Shown here: positions 56,463-64,000 of the stretch, piece after piece
How the letters are laid out: every line of letters begins with the position of its first letter
Numbering within the stretch: position 1 is the stretch's first letter
Virus record (IMG/VR): IMGVR_UViG_3300018080_000110
Coordinates: 32,001-96,000 of that record
Source: a virus
Strand: one strand, 5' to 3'
DNA: 64,000 nucleotides
The notes under the pieces: generated by a model
What the model was told of the DNA's origin: nothing
The model's database searches: none
Seen by the model: the letters and a program-made list of their open reading frames with translations, nothing else
Program-made: the position numbers and the translations under genes

Positions 56463-57956
56463 TTGATGTCGCTGAACATCGAGTACCAACTCCTATCCAA
56501 GATCATCGAGACTGGGGATCTAAAGACGGCTATCGAGGAAGGTGTCACCGAGGATACTTTCGGGGTCGTCGAGGCCCGGACTGTTTTCTCGTACCTCATA
56601 GATTACTTCCACGCCACCAAAACGCGAGGGGTAGTCCCAGAGATAGAAATCGTCGAAGAGCACTTCCCTACCGTGGATTTCCTCAGCCCTCCTGAGAGGT
56701 CCACGGTCAGGTCTTTGTGCGTGGAGATGAAGAAACAGTGGTTGAGGGGCAAGCTCGAAGAGATTGTGATCCAAGCCGAGACCACCTACGATGACGAACC
56801 CAACAAAACGCTGGCTAGGCTGATACAGGATGCCAAGACGCTGCAGGAGACTTCAGAGGACAGCAGAGACTTAGTCTTATCGGATAGCACCGAATCAATG
56901 AAGAACGAGTACCTGATGATGCAGGAAGCTCAAGGCGTCGTCGGAGTACCGTGGCCAATGGGGTGGGGATACCACGACCAAGAAGGCCGACCTAAGATCT
57001 TGAAGAAGACCGGAAGGCAGCATCATCCTCTTAACGAACAATCGGGTGGTATGCGCAAAGGGGATTTCATTCTGCTTTACGGTCGGCCGAAGTCTATGAA
57101 GACATGGTGCTTGGTAGACATGGTCGTCGAGTGCTACTACCACCTCAACCAACGCGTTCTGGTGTTCAGCAAAGAGATGACACCAGAACAGCTTCGTTGG
57201 CGGATAGTAGGCAGGATGCTCCAGGTAGACTACACCTCGCTGAAGGCTGGGAACCTTCCCGAAGACCAAAGGGAGGAGTTCTTCGATCTGCTGGATAACC
57301 TGAAAGCAGAAGAAGAGCGCCTCATGAAACGTGGCCAGAACAGGTCCATGTTGATCACCACGGGGTGGAAGAGCGGTACGGTGCAAAGTGGGCTCCAGAG
57401 TCTGGAGACCAAGATCCAGGAGTTTGAGCCTGACATCGTCATGGCCGACTCTGTTTACTTGATGAAGGTCTTAAAGAACAAAGAAGGCGCTTTTTGGCAG
57501 GATATGGCAGAGATCGCCTACGGCTTACACGAGATGGCGGTAGAGTACCAGGTACCCATTGTTGCTACGTCCCAGGCCAATCGTTCTGGTGAACAGACCA
57601 AAGGATCTACTCTCGCAGAGATTGCGTACGGAGACACCTTCGGTCAAGCCTGCGACTACGCCATCCGCGTTATCAAGACAGAGGACGATGATGGCTCCGT
57701 CTACCTATCATTGATCTTCGCTGGGGCCAGAGAGATCAAGATCCCCGGATTCAGGCTTTCCGTAGAAGTCGCGCAGAAGTTTCAGCTGGACAAGATGTTC
57801 GAGTCCCAGCGACAAATCATGGCACAGTTCAAAGCAGAGGAGGAAGCGATAGCAGAAGAAGAGGCTCGCGCAGCCAGAGAGAAAAACAGAGAGATGAAAG
57901 AGAAGAAGCGTCGACTGAGAGTTGAGGACAGAGACGAAGAACAGCAGGGAGAGTAA
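56463..57956 (+). CDS. dnaB: Replicative DnaB-like helicase
   Basis: YGRPKSMKT, FSKEM, MADSVYL, TSQANR. Confidence 0.9.
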   Translation: MMSLNIEYQLLSKIIETGDLKTAIEEGVTEDTFGVVEARTVFSYLIDYFHATKTRGVVPEIEIVEEHFPTVDFLSPPERSTVRSLCVEMKKQWLRGKLEEIVIQAETTYDDEPNKTLARLIQDAKTLQETSEDSRDLVLSDSTESMKNEYLMMQEAQGVVGVPWPMGWGYHDQEGRPKILKKTGRQHHPLNEQSGGMRKGDFILLYGRPKSMKTWCLVDMVVECYYHLNQRVLVFSKEMTPEQLRWRIVGRMLQVDYTSLKAGNLPEDQREEFFDLLDNLKAEEERLMKRGQNRSMLITTGWKSGTVQSGLQSLETKIQEFEPDIVMADSVYLMKVLKNKEGAFWQDMAEIAYGLHEMAVEYQVPIVATSQANRSGEQTKGSTLAEIAYGDTFGQACDYAIRVIKTEDDDGSVYLSLIFAGAREIKIPGFRLSVEVAQKFQLDKMFESQRQIMAQFKAEEEAIAEEEARAAREKNREMKEKKRRLRVEDRDEEQQGE

Positions 57957-57958
57957 CA

Positions 57959-58957
57959 GTGCGTGTCCAGCAAGTAGTGGAGTCGCTAGCAGATCAATAT
58001 CTTAAATGGTGGAGGCCTACCAGCGATGGCAAAAACATCTACGGCGCGTGCCCATTCCATCACGAGTCTACAGAAGGCGCGTTCTACATGTCCACAGAGA
58101 CGGGCATGTTCATCTGTCACGCCTGCCAAGTTAGAGGCAGCCTACCGACCTTCCTTAAAGAGATAGGAGCTCCTAGCCGCACGCGGCAAGTCGTGATGGA
58201 CCAAGTAGGCACGGAGCTGCTGCGCAAAGAGAAACCAAATCTAGCTCGCAAAGACCCATTCAAGAAGCACATGGCACTGGAGGAGAGCCTCCTAGGGATC
58301 TTTGACTTTTGCCCAACCGTCTTATTGAAGGCCGGTTTCTCCAAAGCCGTCCTCAAGAAGCACGAGGTGGGTTTTGATCGAGAGTCCATGAGGATCATAT
58401 TCCCAATCCGTAGCCATCTTGGTGTGCTGATGGGTTTAGCGGGAAGAACAGTGGTAGATGAGCGGCCACGCTACAAGATCTACAAGGAGGGAGATCTAGC
58501 TAGATTCTCTCCCAGGTACCGCGGTTACGACTTCCACAAGAAGAACTTCCTTTGGAACTTCCACAACGTCTACCCGGAAGCTCTACGTGAAGAGCAAACT
58601 CCGATATGCGTTGTAGAAGGGTACAAGGCTGCGCTCTGGTTGATCCAACATGGATTCACTAGCACTGTAGCCATCATGGGCTCGTACTTGTCTGAGATGC
58701 AGCGTGCTTTACTACAGCGACTGTCATCAGACATATTCGTGCTTTTGGACAATACCGACTCAGCTAGAAAAGGAGTGCTGGACGCAGGAAAAAGATTGAG
58801 AAGAGGAAACAGAGTATTGGTTTGTGAGTATCCGAGGTACTGCAGCGGCGGAGAACAGCCCGACGACTTGATGGAAGAAGAGCTGGCCGCTGTGTTTGAA
58901 GAAGCAGTGATCTTTAACAAATGGAGAAGGAAGTATGAGCGTTCACGATCCGTCTAA
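57959..58957 (+). CDS. dnaG: DNA primase
   Basis: CPFH...CHAC Zn finger, RIIFPI, VVEGY TOPRIM, LDN.D. Confidence 0.9.
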   Translation: MRVQQVVESLADQYLKWWRPTSDGKNIYGACPFHHESTEGAFYMSTETGMFICHACQVRGSLPTFLKEIGAPSRTRQVVMDQVGTELLRKEKPNLARKDPFKKHMALEESLLGIFDFCPTVLLKAGFSKAVLKKHEVGFDRESMRIIFPIRSHLGVLMGLAGRTVVDERPRYKIYKEGDLARFSPRYRGYDFHKKNFLWNFHNVYPEALREEQTPICVVEGYKAALWLIQHGFTSTVAIMGSYLSEMQRALLQRLSSDIFVLLDNTDSARKGVLDAGKRLRRGNRVLVCEYPRYCSGGEQPDDLMEEELAAVFEEAVIFNKWRRKYERSRSV

Positions 58958-60071
58958 GCACCATAGGAACTTCGCGAGGGACCTGCGTCGGAAAGCAGTA
59001 GCTCGTAGTAACCGACAAGGTCGAAGCGGTAAGCCTATGACGGTCTTTCGTTGGCTGAATAGGTTCAAACCGCCGGTCAACGACACCACTTGGGTCAGGC
59101 TCATCCCGGGCATCTACAAAGGATTCGACGGAGACGATGTACCCTACTTTGACTACGTCGAGCATTACAACGCCACCGTGAGAAGCGGCACCATCTGCTC
59201 CAGGGTCTGGAGAGAAGGACCCGACGGTAGTATGGAAGGTAGTGGCAAGTGCATCCCCTGCCATGCCATCGAAGAAGAGGGGGCCGATAACATCAGTTGG
59301 AGAAGGCTATCGGCGTTCTTGCTTTTGCATCTCGACTGGTACTACTTGATCCCCGCCACTGACGAAAATGGTAACGTCCTGACTTACCGAAAGGATAGCA
59401 AAAAGCACAAAGCCGGTGACGTGATCTACAACCGTATCCACGAAGCCGAAGCCTTCAAGGAGTACGGTAGAGCTACGATCAGACGTGAGAAGTACGAAAA
59501 GGTCTGGGGGAACTTGATGCATTGGTCCCTCGGAACCAACCACCTTCTGGTTCTCTCTTCCATGATTGACAGTCTTGAAGATGAGTGCCGATGCGGCGGT
59601 GAGATCGAAACCCTTCTGTGGGAGTGCCCCGGATGCGGTAATGAGGTCTTCGACCTCACCAGCGACGATCTCGATTACACTCGTGGCGAGATCAACCAGC
59701 TTGTCTCGAAGAAGTACGAGTGTCCGCATTGCTCCAAACTGGTGTTCCTCGCACCCGTGACAGAATGCAGCAAGTGCAAAAACCCGGACCCGCTACAGAT
59801 CTGGGACGTCGATCTGTGCGTTGGCCGCGAAGGGGAGGGAACTAGCAGCCAACTGATCATCCGCAAGCACAAGCATGTGGAGATCGACAAGCGTTGTAGG
59901 GACTTGATCCCTGACAGGCCTTTGCTTCAGCGTGTCTTTGCCGGTGACTCCTTGGAGTACCAAGCTAAGAGGATGCGCCTCGACAATCCTTGGGCCGAGG
60001 ACGCGGCACGAAGAAATGTAGAGGACTACGACGGTGACGAGGGCGAAGTAGAAGACGATATCCCATTCTAG
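58935..60071 (+). CDS. Single-stranded DNA-binding protein (putative, Zn-containing)
   Basis: Between primase and polymerase; WVRLIP, several CxxC pairs, acidic tail ending EDDIPF. Confidence 0.7.
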   Translation: MSVHDPSKHHRNFARDLRRKAVARSNRQGRSGKPMTVFRWLNRFKPPVNDTTWVRLIPGIYKGFDGDDVPYFDYVEHYNATVRSGTICSRVWREGPDGSMEGSGKCIPCHAIEEEGADNISWRRLSAFLLLHLDWYYLIPATDENGNVLTYRKDSKKHKAGDVIYNRIHEAEAFKEYGRATIRREKYEKVWGNLMHWSLGTNHLLVLSSMIDSLEDECRCGGEIETLLWECPGCGNEVFDLTSDDLDYTRGEINQLVSKKYECPHCSKLVFLAPVTECSKCKNPDPLQIWDVDLCVGREGEGTSSQLIIRKHKHVEIDKRCRDLIPDRPLLQRVFAGDSLEYQAKRMRLDNPWAEDAARRNVEDYDGDEGEVEDDIPF

Positions 60072-60127
60072 GGAACAGGGGAGTGGGGGGATCGAAAACG
60101 GTCCTCCACCCCCCACCAGGAGGAAAT

Positions 60128-61546
60128 ATGTGGCACAAACTCCCAGTGCCTGAATGGATCGACGACGAAGAGCGCATGCTGAAGTTGTGCAAAGAGATCA
60201 AGGACATTGGGTTTGCCGGGCTAGATACAGAAACCACAGGCAAAGACGACTGGATGAAGGACTACGTACTGTTCTGGTCTCTGTCCACGGGGTCTAACAA
60301 CAGGTACTGCTTGTCTCGCAGAATGCTAGAGATCTTTGACAAAGAGCTAGCAGGGGATCCATGCATCACCTGGTACATGACCAACGCGAACTTCGATCGT
60401 TGTATGTTGCTGAACAGCGGAGTTCGTCATTTAGCTGGTCCTGTACACTGCACACTTGTCATGGACTGGATGCACGATGAAAATCGAGCTGGTCGGCACG
60501 GCCTGAAAAAGACAGCTTTGGACCATCTTGGTCTCAACATGAACGAGTTCAAGAGCGTCTTCAAGAAGAGGAAGGGTGAGACCTACCAAGACACTCTCTT
60601 ACGCATGATGGCACAAGAGCCAGACAAGGCAATCGACTACGCCAGCATGGACGCATGGGCCTCTCGGGAGTTGCACGGATACCTGAAGAAGAAGCTCGAG
60701 GAAGAGATAGCTTGTACCGGTATCCCTCTATGGGATCTATACGAGCGAATCGAAGTTCCGTACAGCACCACTCTTTTGCACAACATGCGAAACGGTATAT
60801 TGCTAGATCAAGGGTGGTTACATCATATACGCGTACCCATCACGGAAAAGATGGAGGAGTGCCTCTTCAAGTTCAACAAGATGGCCGGGTACGAGGTAAA
60901 CCTTAATTCGCCGAAGCAACTGGTGGAGCTTTTTGTCGACAAACTCGGAAAGAAGCCCCTGAAGTGGACAAGTGGCGGGAAGAGCGGCAACAAGCAGCCC
61001 TCCGTGGACGTCAATGTCTTGCAGACTTGGGCAGACGAAGGAGATCCCTACGCGAAGTTGCTGATGGAGTTCCGCAAGCTTGAGAAGGTTAGAGGGACTT
61101 ACGTAGACGGAATGCTAGCCCGAGTGGGATCTGATCTCCGTATCCACCCAATCATCAACCAACACATCGCTGTCACCGGACGACTGACTAGCTCGAACCC
61201 AAACCTTCAAAACATCCCAAGACCAGATGAGGACATCTGGGGCTTGCGTGGTGCTTTCATGCCCGGCACTGGCTACACGCTAGTCGCCATCGATTATCGT
61301 CAATTGGAAATGCGACTTCTGGCTCACATGTCCGGCGACAAGAACATGCGAGAGGTGATCAGGAAAGGATGGGACATCCACGCAGGAACCGCAGCATTGA
61401 TGTACGAAGTACCTTACGAAGAGATCCAAGAAGCTAAGTTCCTCAAGGGGTGGCTCAGCGAAGAAAAAGTAGACAGTAGCAGGTGGCCAGATTGGATCTC
61501 TGAGTTCATTGGATACCGACAAGACGCCAAGGCCATTGGATTCGGT
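60128..61546 (+). CDS. polA: Family A DNA polymerase, exon 1
   Basis: Exo I DTETTG, Exo II NANFD, Exo III YASMDA, TGRLTSSNPNLQNIP, motif A DYRQLEMR, first half of motif B RQDAKAIGFG. Confidence 0.92.
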
Positions 61547-61844
61547 CAACATAGAGGCCGAAGTAAAACTCGCTCAAAACGGGGAAACCTAAGTGCGAAT
61601 GCATAAGGCAATCCCGTGCTGCGTTGCCAAACGTAGTGTATCGACTTGTGGTCATGATCACATGACCCTCAATACGCTTCCCATGTCCATTGGGTTGGGT
61701 AGTCATTTCCCGCAAAGCGTGTTGATACGGCGAGCGAAGCCTGTAGTATTCGGAATGTCATTGTGCATGATTGCACAGCGAACCTGCCGAATAGTACAGG
61801 CTCGAAGGTATAGTCAGTGCCCTTGGAAACAAGGGAATAGCACG
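61547..61844 (+). mobile_element. Group I intron (298 nt, no ORF) in polA
   Basis: P1 TTCGGT/GGCCGAA with U-G at the splice site; P AAACGGGGAA, Q AATCCCGTGC, R GTATCGACT, S AAGGTATAGTC; P9 GAAA hairpin; terminal G 61844. Confidence 0.9.
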
Positions 61845-62465
61845 ATCAATTACGGAGAAGGAATTCCAGCCTTGGCCGAAAAGCTCGGTATCTCCAAGAG
61901 AGAAGCAGCAGCCAGAAAAGAGAAGTACTTTGAGCCGTACCCGCTGGTACGAGAGTTCATCGAGGAAACACACGAAAGGTGCCGTAGAGAATTAGAGGTC
62001 TCTACGATCTTGGGTCGTAAACGGAGACTCAAAGAAGCTGACGCTGACTGGAAGGAAGGATTCTATAGCAGGCGGTATAAGAGGTGGGTCCCAGAACGTC
62101 CAGGGAAGTTAGCTGCTAGAGCTCTTCGACAAGCAGTGAATGCGATCATTCAGGGTTCAGCAGCAGAGGTAGCACGCCTAGCGCAGATCTTGTGTGAGCC
62201 CAAGGTCATGCGCGAGATTGGTTTGCATGACGAGTTGTCCCAACGTATCGAACAAGTCGGTGCGCGGCAGCTTCTTCAGGTTCACGACGAAGTCTTGTTC
62301 GAGGTACCGACAGAGAACTTGAAAGAGGGCATAGAGGTTTTGTCTCGTTCAATGGAAGCGCCGTTCAGATACGTTCCAGAACTTTTGGGGATCGACTTCG
62401 ATGAACTATCGATCCCGCTTGATGTGGACGCTGGTTACGGCGAAGCTTGGTCGGAAGCACATTGA
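61845..62465 (+). CDS. polA: Family A DNA polymerase, exon 2
   Basis: INYGEG completes motif B; RQAVNAIIQGSAA; motif C QVHDEV. Confidence 0.92.
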   Translation: MNYGEGIPALAEKLGISKREAAARKEKYFEPYPLVREFIEETHERCRRELEVSTILGRKRRLKEADADWKEGFYSRRYKRWVPERPGKLAARALRQAVNAIIQGSAAEVARLAQILCEPKVMREIGLHDELSQRIEQVGARQLLQVHDEVLFEVPTENLKEGIEVLSRSMEAPFRYVPELLGIDFDELSIPLDVDAGYGEAWSEAH

Positions 62466-62527
62466 TGAACAAACGCGACAAACCGATTGTGCTGCGCATC
62501 ATTCCATTTCTGTTGAGGAGGAAGAAA

Positions 62528-62689
62528 ATGGAGAAGTACGGAGTTGAAGTCGACAAAGAGAAAGTCGATGAACAGAAGAAGAAAGCTCCGGGCGAGAAAA
62601 CTGCGGGAACGGACGATCCCAACGTGAACGTTCCCAAGGACCCCGATAAGGGAACAGAGCCTTTCGAGAAAAAACCGAAAGAGGACTGA
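62528..62689 (+). CDS. Small charged protein
   Basis: GAGGAGG RBS; MEKYGVEVDKEK...GTEPFEKK. Confidence 0.55.
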   Translation: MEKYGVEVDKEKVDEQKKKAPGEKTAGTDDPNVNVPKDPDKGTEPFEKKPKED

Positions 62690-62690
62690 C

Positions 62691-64000
62691 GTGCCCGCCA
62701 AAAAGAGTAAGAAGAAAACAGCGAAGAAGACAGGGAAGAAAACAGCGAAGAAGAAAGATAGCGAGAAGTGGGACAAGTTTCCGAAGCCCAACCCGAGAGA
62801 CGTGCTCAGATCGATCAACATGCGTTTTGGAGACACGGGCCCCGTCATCAGAGAAGCTAGCGAAGCATGGGACGCATCAGATCTACGTCGGCCTAGTGGG
62901 ATCCCGAGCCTAGATCTGGCGACAGGTGGAGGGCTCGTAGCGGGAAAGGTACATCAGTTTGATGGTCCAGAGTCGGTAGGTAAAAACTACATACTCTACC
63001 GCTACTTCGCTCAAGCGCAAAAGAACTACGGTGACGATGCTTGCTTGTCGATGGCGTGTTTCGAAGCCTTCGTGGACAAGCATTTTGCGCAAATGTGCGG
63101 GTGCAAGATCGCAATGAGCGAATACGACATCAGAGTCACGAACAGAGCAAGGGAAATCAGGGGAGAGCCCCCGCTGACACGAGCGGAGAAGAAAGAAGCT
63201 CTCTCTGTGCCGGGCGTCGGAACCTTCCACATCTTCGAAGGTCCCGCAGAAAACGTACTCGACGGAATCATCGAGGCCGTGTCATCCAACGTCTACCAGA
63301 TCATCGGCATCGACTCTTGGGATTCCATGCTCACGGCTGCAGAAGACAGAGCCACAATGGACGAGGTACCACAGGTAGCCTCACCAGCCACCATTCAAAC
63401 CAGGTGGGCCAAAAAGGTGTTGGACGCCTTCAACGTGGTCTACCGCTGCCCACAATGCGGCTACAGCCCATTGGAGAAGAAGGTCACCAACTATTCGCAG
63501 ATGAACTTCAATTGGATTTGTCCAAACTGCTCATGGAAGGGTCTGGACCCGGCGAACGAGATCAACGAGACCACGGTCTACTGCATCCGTCAAGTCCGCG
63601 CAAAGATCCAAATGAGTGGAGGGAAGATCTACGGGCGACCCTACAAGTCGGAAGGAGCCCACGCGCTACAGCACCTAAACCACATCCGTGTGAGTATGCA
63701 CCCCGGGTCTTCTATCAAAGAAGGCAACGTAAAGATCGGCAAAGAGGTCAACTGGGAAGTGTCCAAGGCCAAGGCCGGAGCACGGGAAGGGTCAACTGGG
63801 TCTTTCACGCTGTACTTCGATCCGGTTGAAGTGGACGTGGCTAGGGACATGTTCTCCCAATGTGTCAAGCGCGGAGTTATCTGTTCCCTGCCTCAAGGGT
63901 GGTACGAGATCCCGGACATCGAAATGGACGGGGAGGCACTGCGCGTCCACGGCAAGGAAAAGCTCATCAGAACTATCGAAGACAGTGAGGACTTGGTAGA
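62691..64000 (+). CDS. recA: RecA/UvsX-like recombinase, runs off the window (not in ORF track)
   Basis: Manual translation from GTG 62691: SGIPSLDLATGGG, Walker A GPESVGKN, Walker B IIGIDSW, TVYCIRQVRAKI; Lys-rich N-terminus. Confidence 0.88.
   Translation, partial: MPAKKSKKKTAKKTGKKTAKKKDSEKWDKFPKPNPRDVLRSINMRFGDTGPVIREASEAWDASDLRRPSGIPSLDLATGGGLVAGKVHQFDGPESVGKNYILYRYFAQAQKNYGDDACLSMACFEAFVDKHFAQMCGCKIAMSEYDIRVTNRAREIRGEPPLTRAEKKEALSVPGVGTFHIFEGPAENVLDGIIEAVSSNVYQIIGIDSWDSMLTAAEDRATMDEVPQVASPATIQTRWAKKVLDAFNVVYRCPQCGYSPLEKKVTNYSQMNFNWICPNCSWKGLDPANEINETTVYCIRQVRAKIQMSGGKIYGRPYKSEGAHALQHLNHIRVSMHPGSSIKEGNVKIGKEVNWEVSKAKAGAREGSTGSFTLYFDPVEVDVARDMFSQCVKRGVICSLPQGWYEIPDIEMDGEALRVHGKEKLIRTIEDSEDLV

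Noticed and set aside
61547-61844. Frameshift, pseudogene or naturally split polA
   Set aside because: A complete group I core and precise in-frame rejoining of motif B explain the break.
63041-63829. 262-aa plus ORF in the track
   Set aside because: Out-of-frame overlap with the RecA-like gene, which the track missed because it runs off the window.
1-64000. CRISPR array, tRNAs, integrase, reverse transcriptase/DGR, stop-codon reassignment
   Set aside because: No regular repeat-spacer pattern, cloverleaf or such motifs were seen by eye; long genes are intact in the standard code, with all three stops used.

Overview
The window is a gene-dense segment of a large tailed dsDNA phage with a contractile tail (myovirus-like), read in standard genetic code. 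The minus strand from about 3.5 to 51 kb carries morphogenesis genes: tail tube, a very long sheath, neck proteins, major capsid, scaffold-like proteins, a prohead protease, terminase large subunit, baseplate spike, and a portal interrupted by two LAGLIDADG inteins. In the middle of these sits a single-chain fused beta-beta' RNA polymerase. The plus strand from 51 to 64 kb is a replication module: SF2 helicase, UDG, DUF932-like protein, Hfq/Sm-like protein, DnaB, primase, SSB, a family A DNA polymerase split by a 298-nt group I intron, and a RecA-like protein. The most unusual observations are: (1) a set of unrelated Gly/Ala-rich basic proteins sharing an N-terminal F-x-D-E-L-E-K-x-[A/S/G] leader, with pervasive K-x-[A/S] motifs in head proteins, suggesting a leader-addressed, protease-matured head-cargo system; (2) a non-sigma70 promoter motif (A-rich-N15/16-[T/G]ATAAG) in front of six plus-strand units, while structural operons have sigma70-like promoters; (3) a ~350-nt highly structured noncoding RNA candidate under that promoter, in a genome that also encodes an Hfq/Sm-like protein. 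All calls are from visual motif recognition; no database searches were run.
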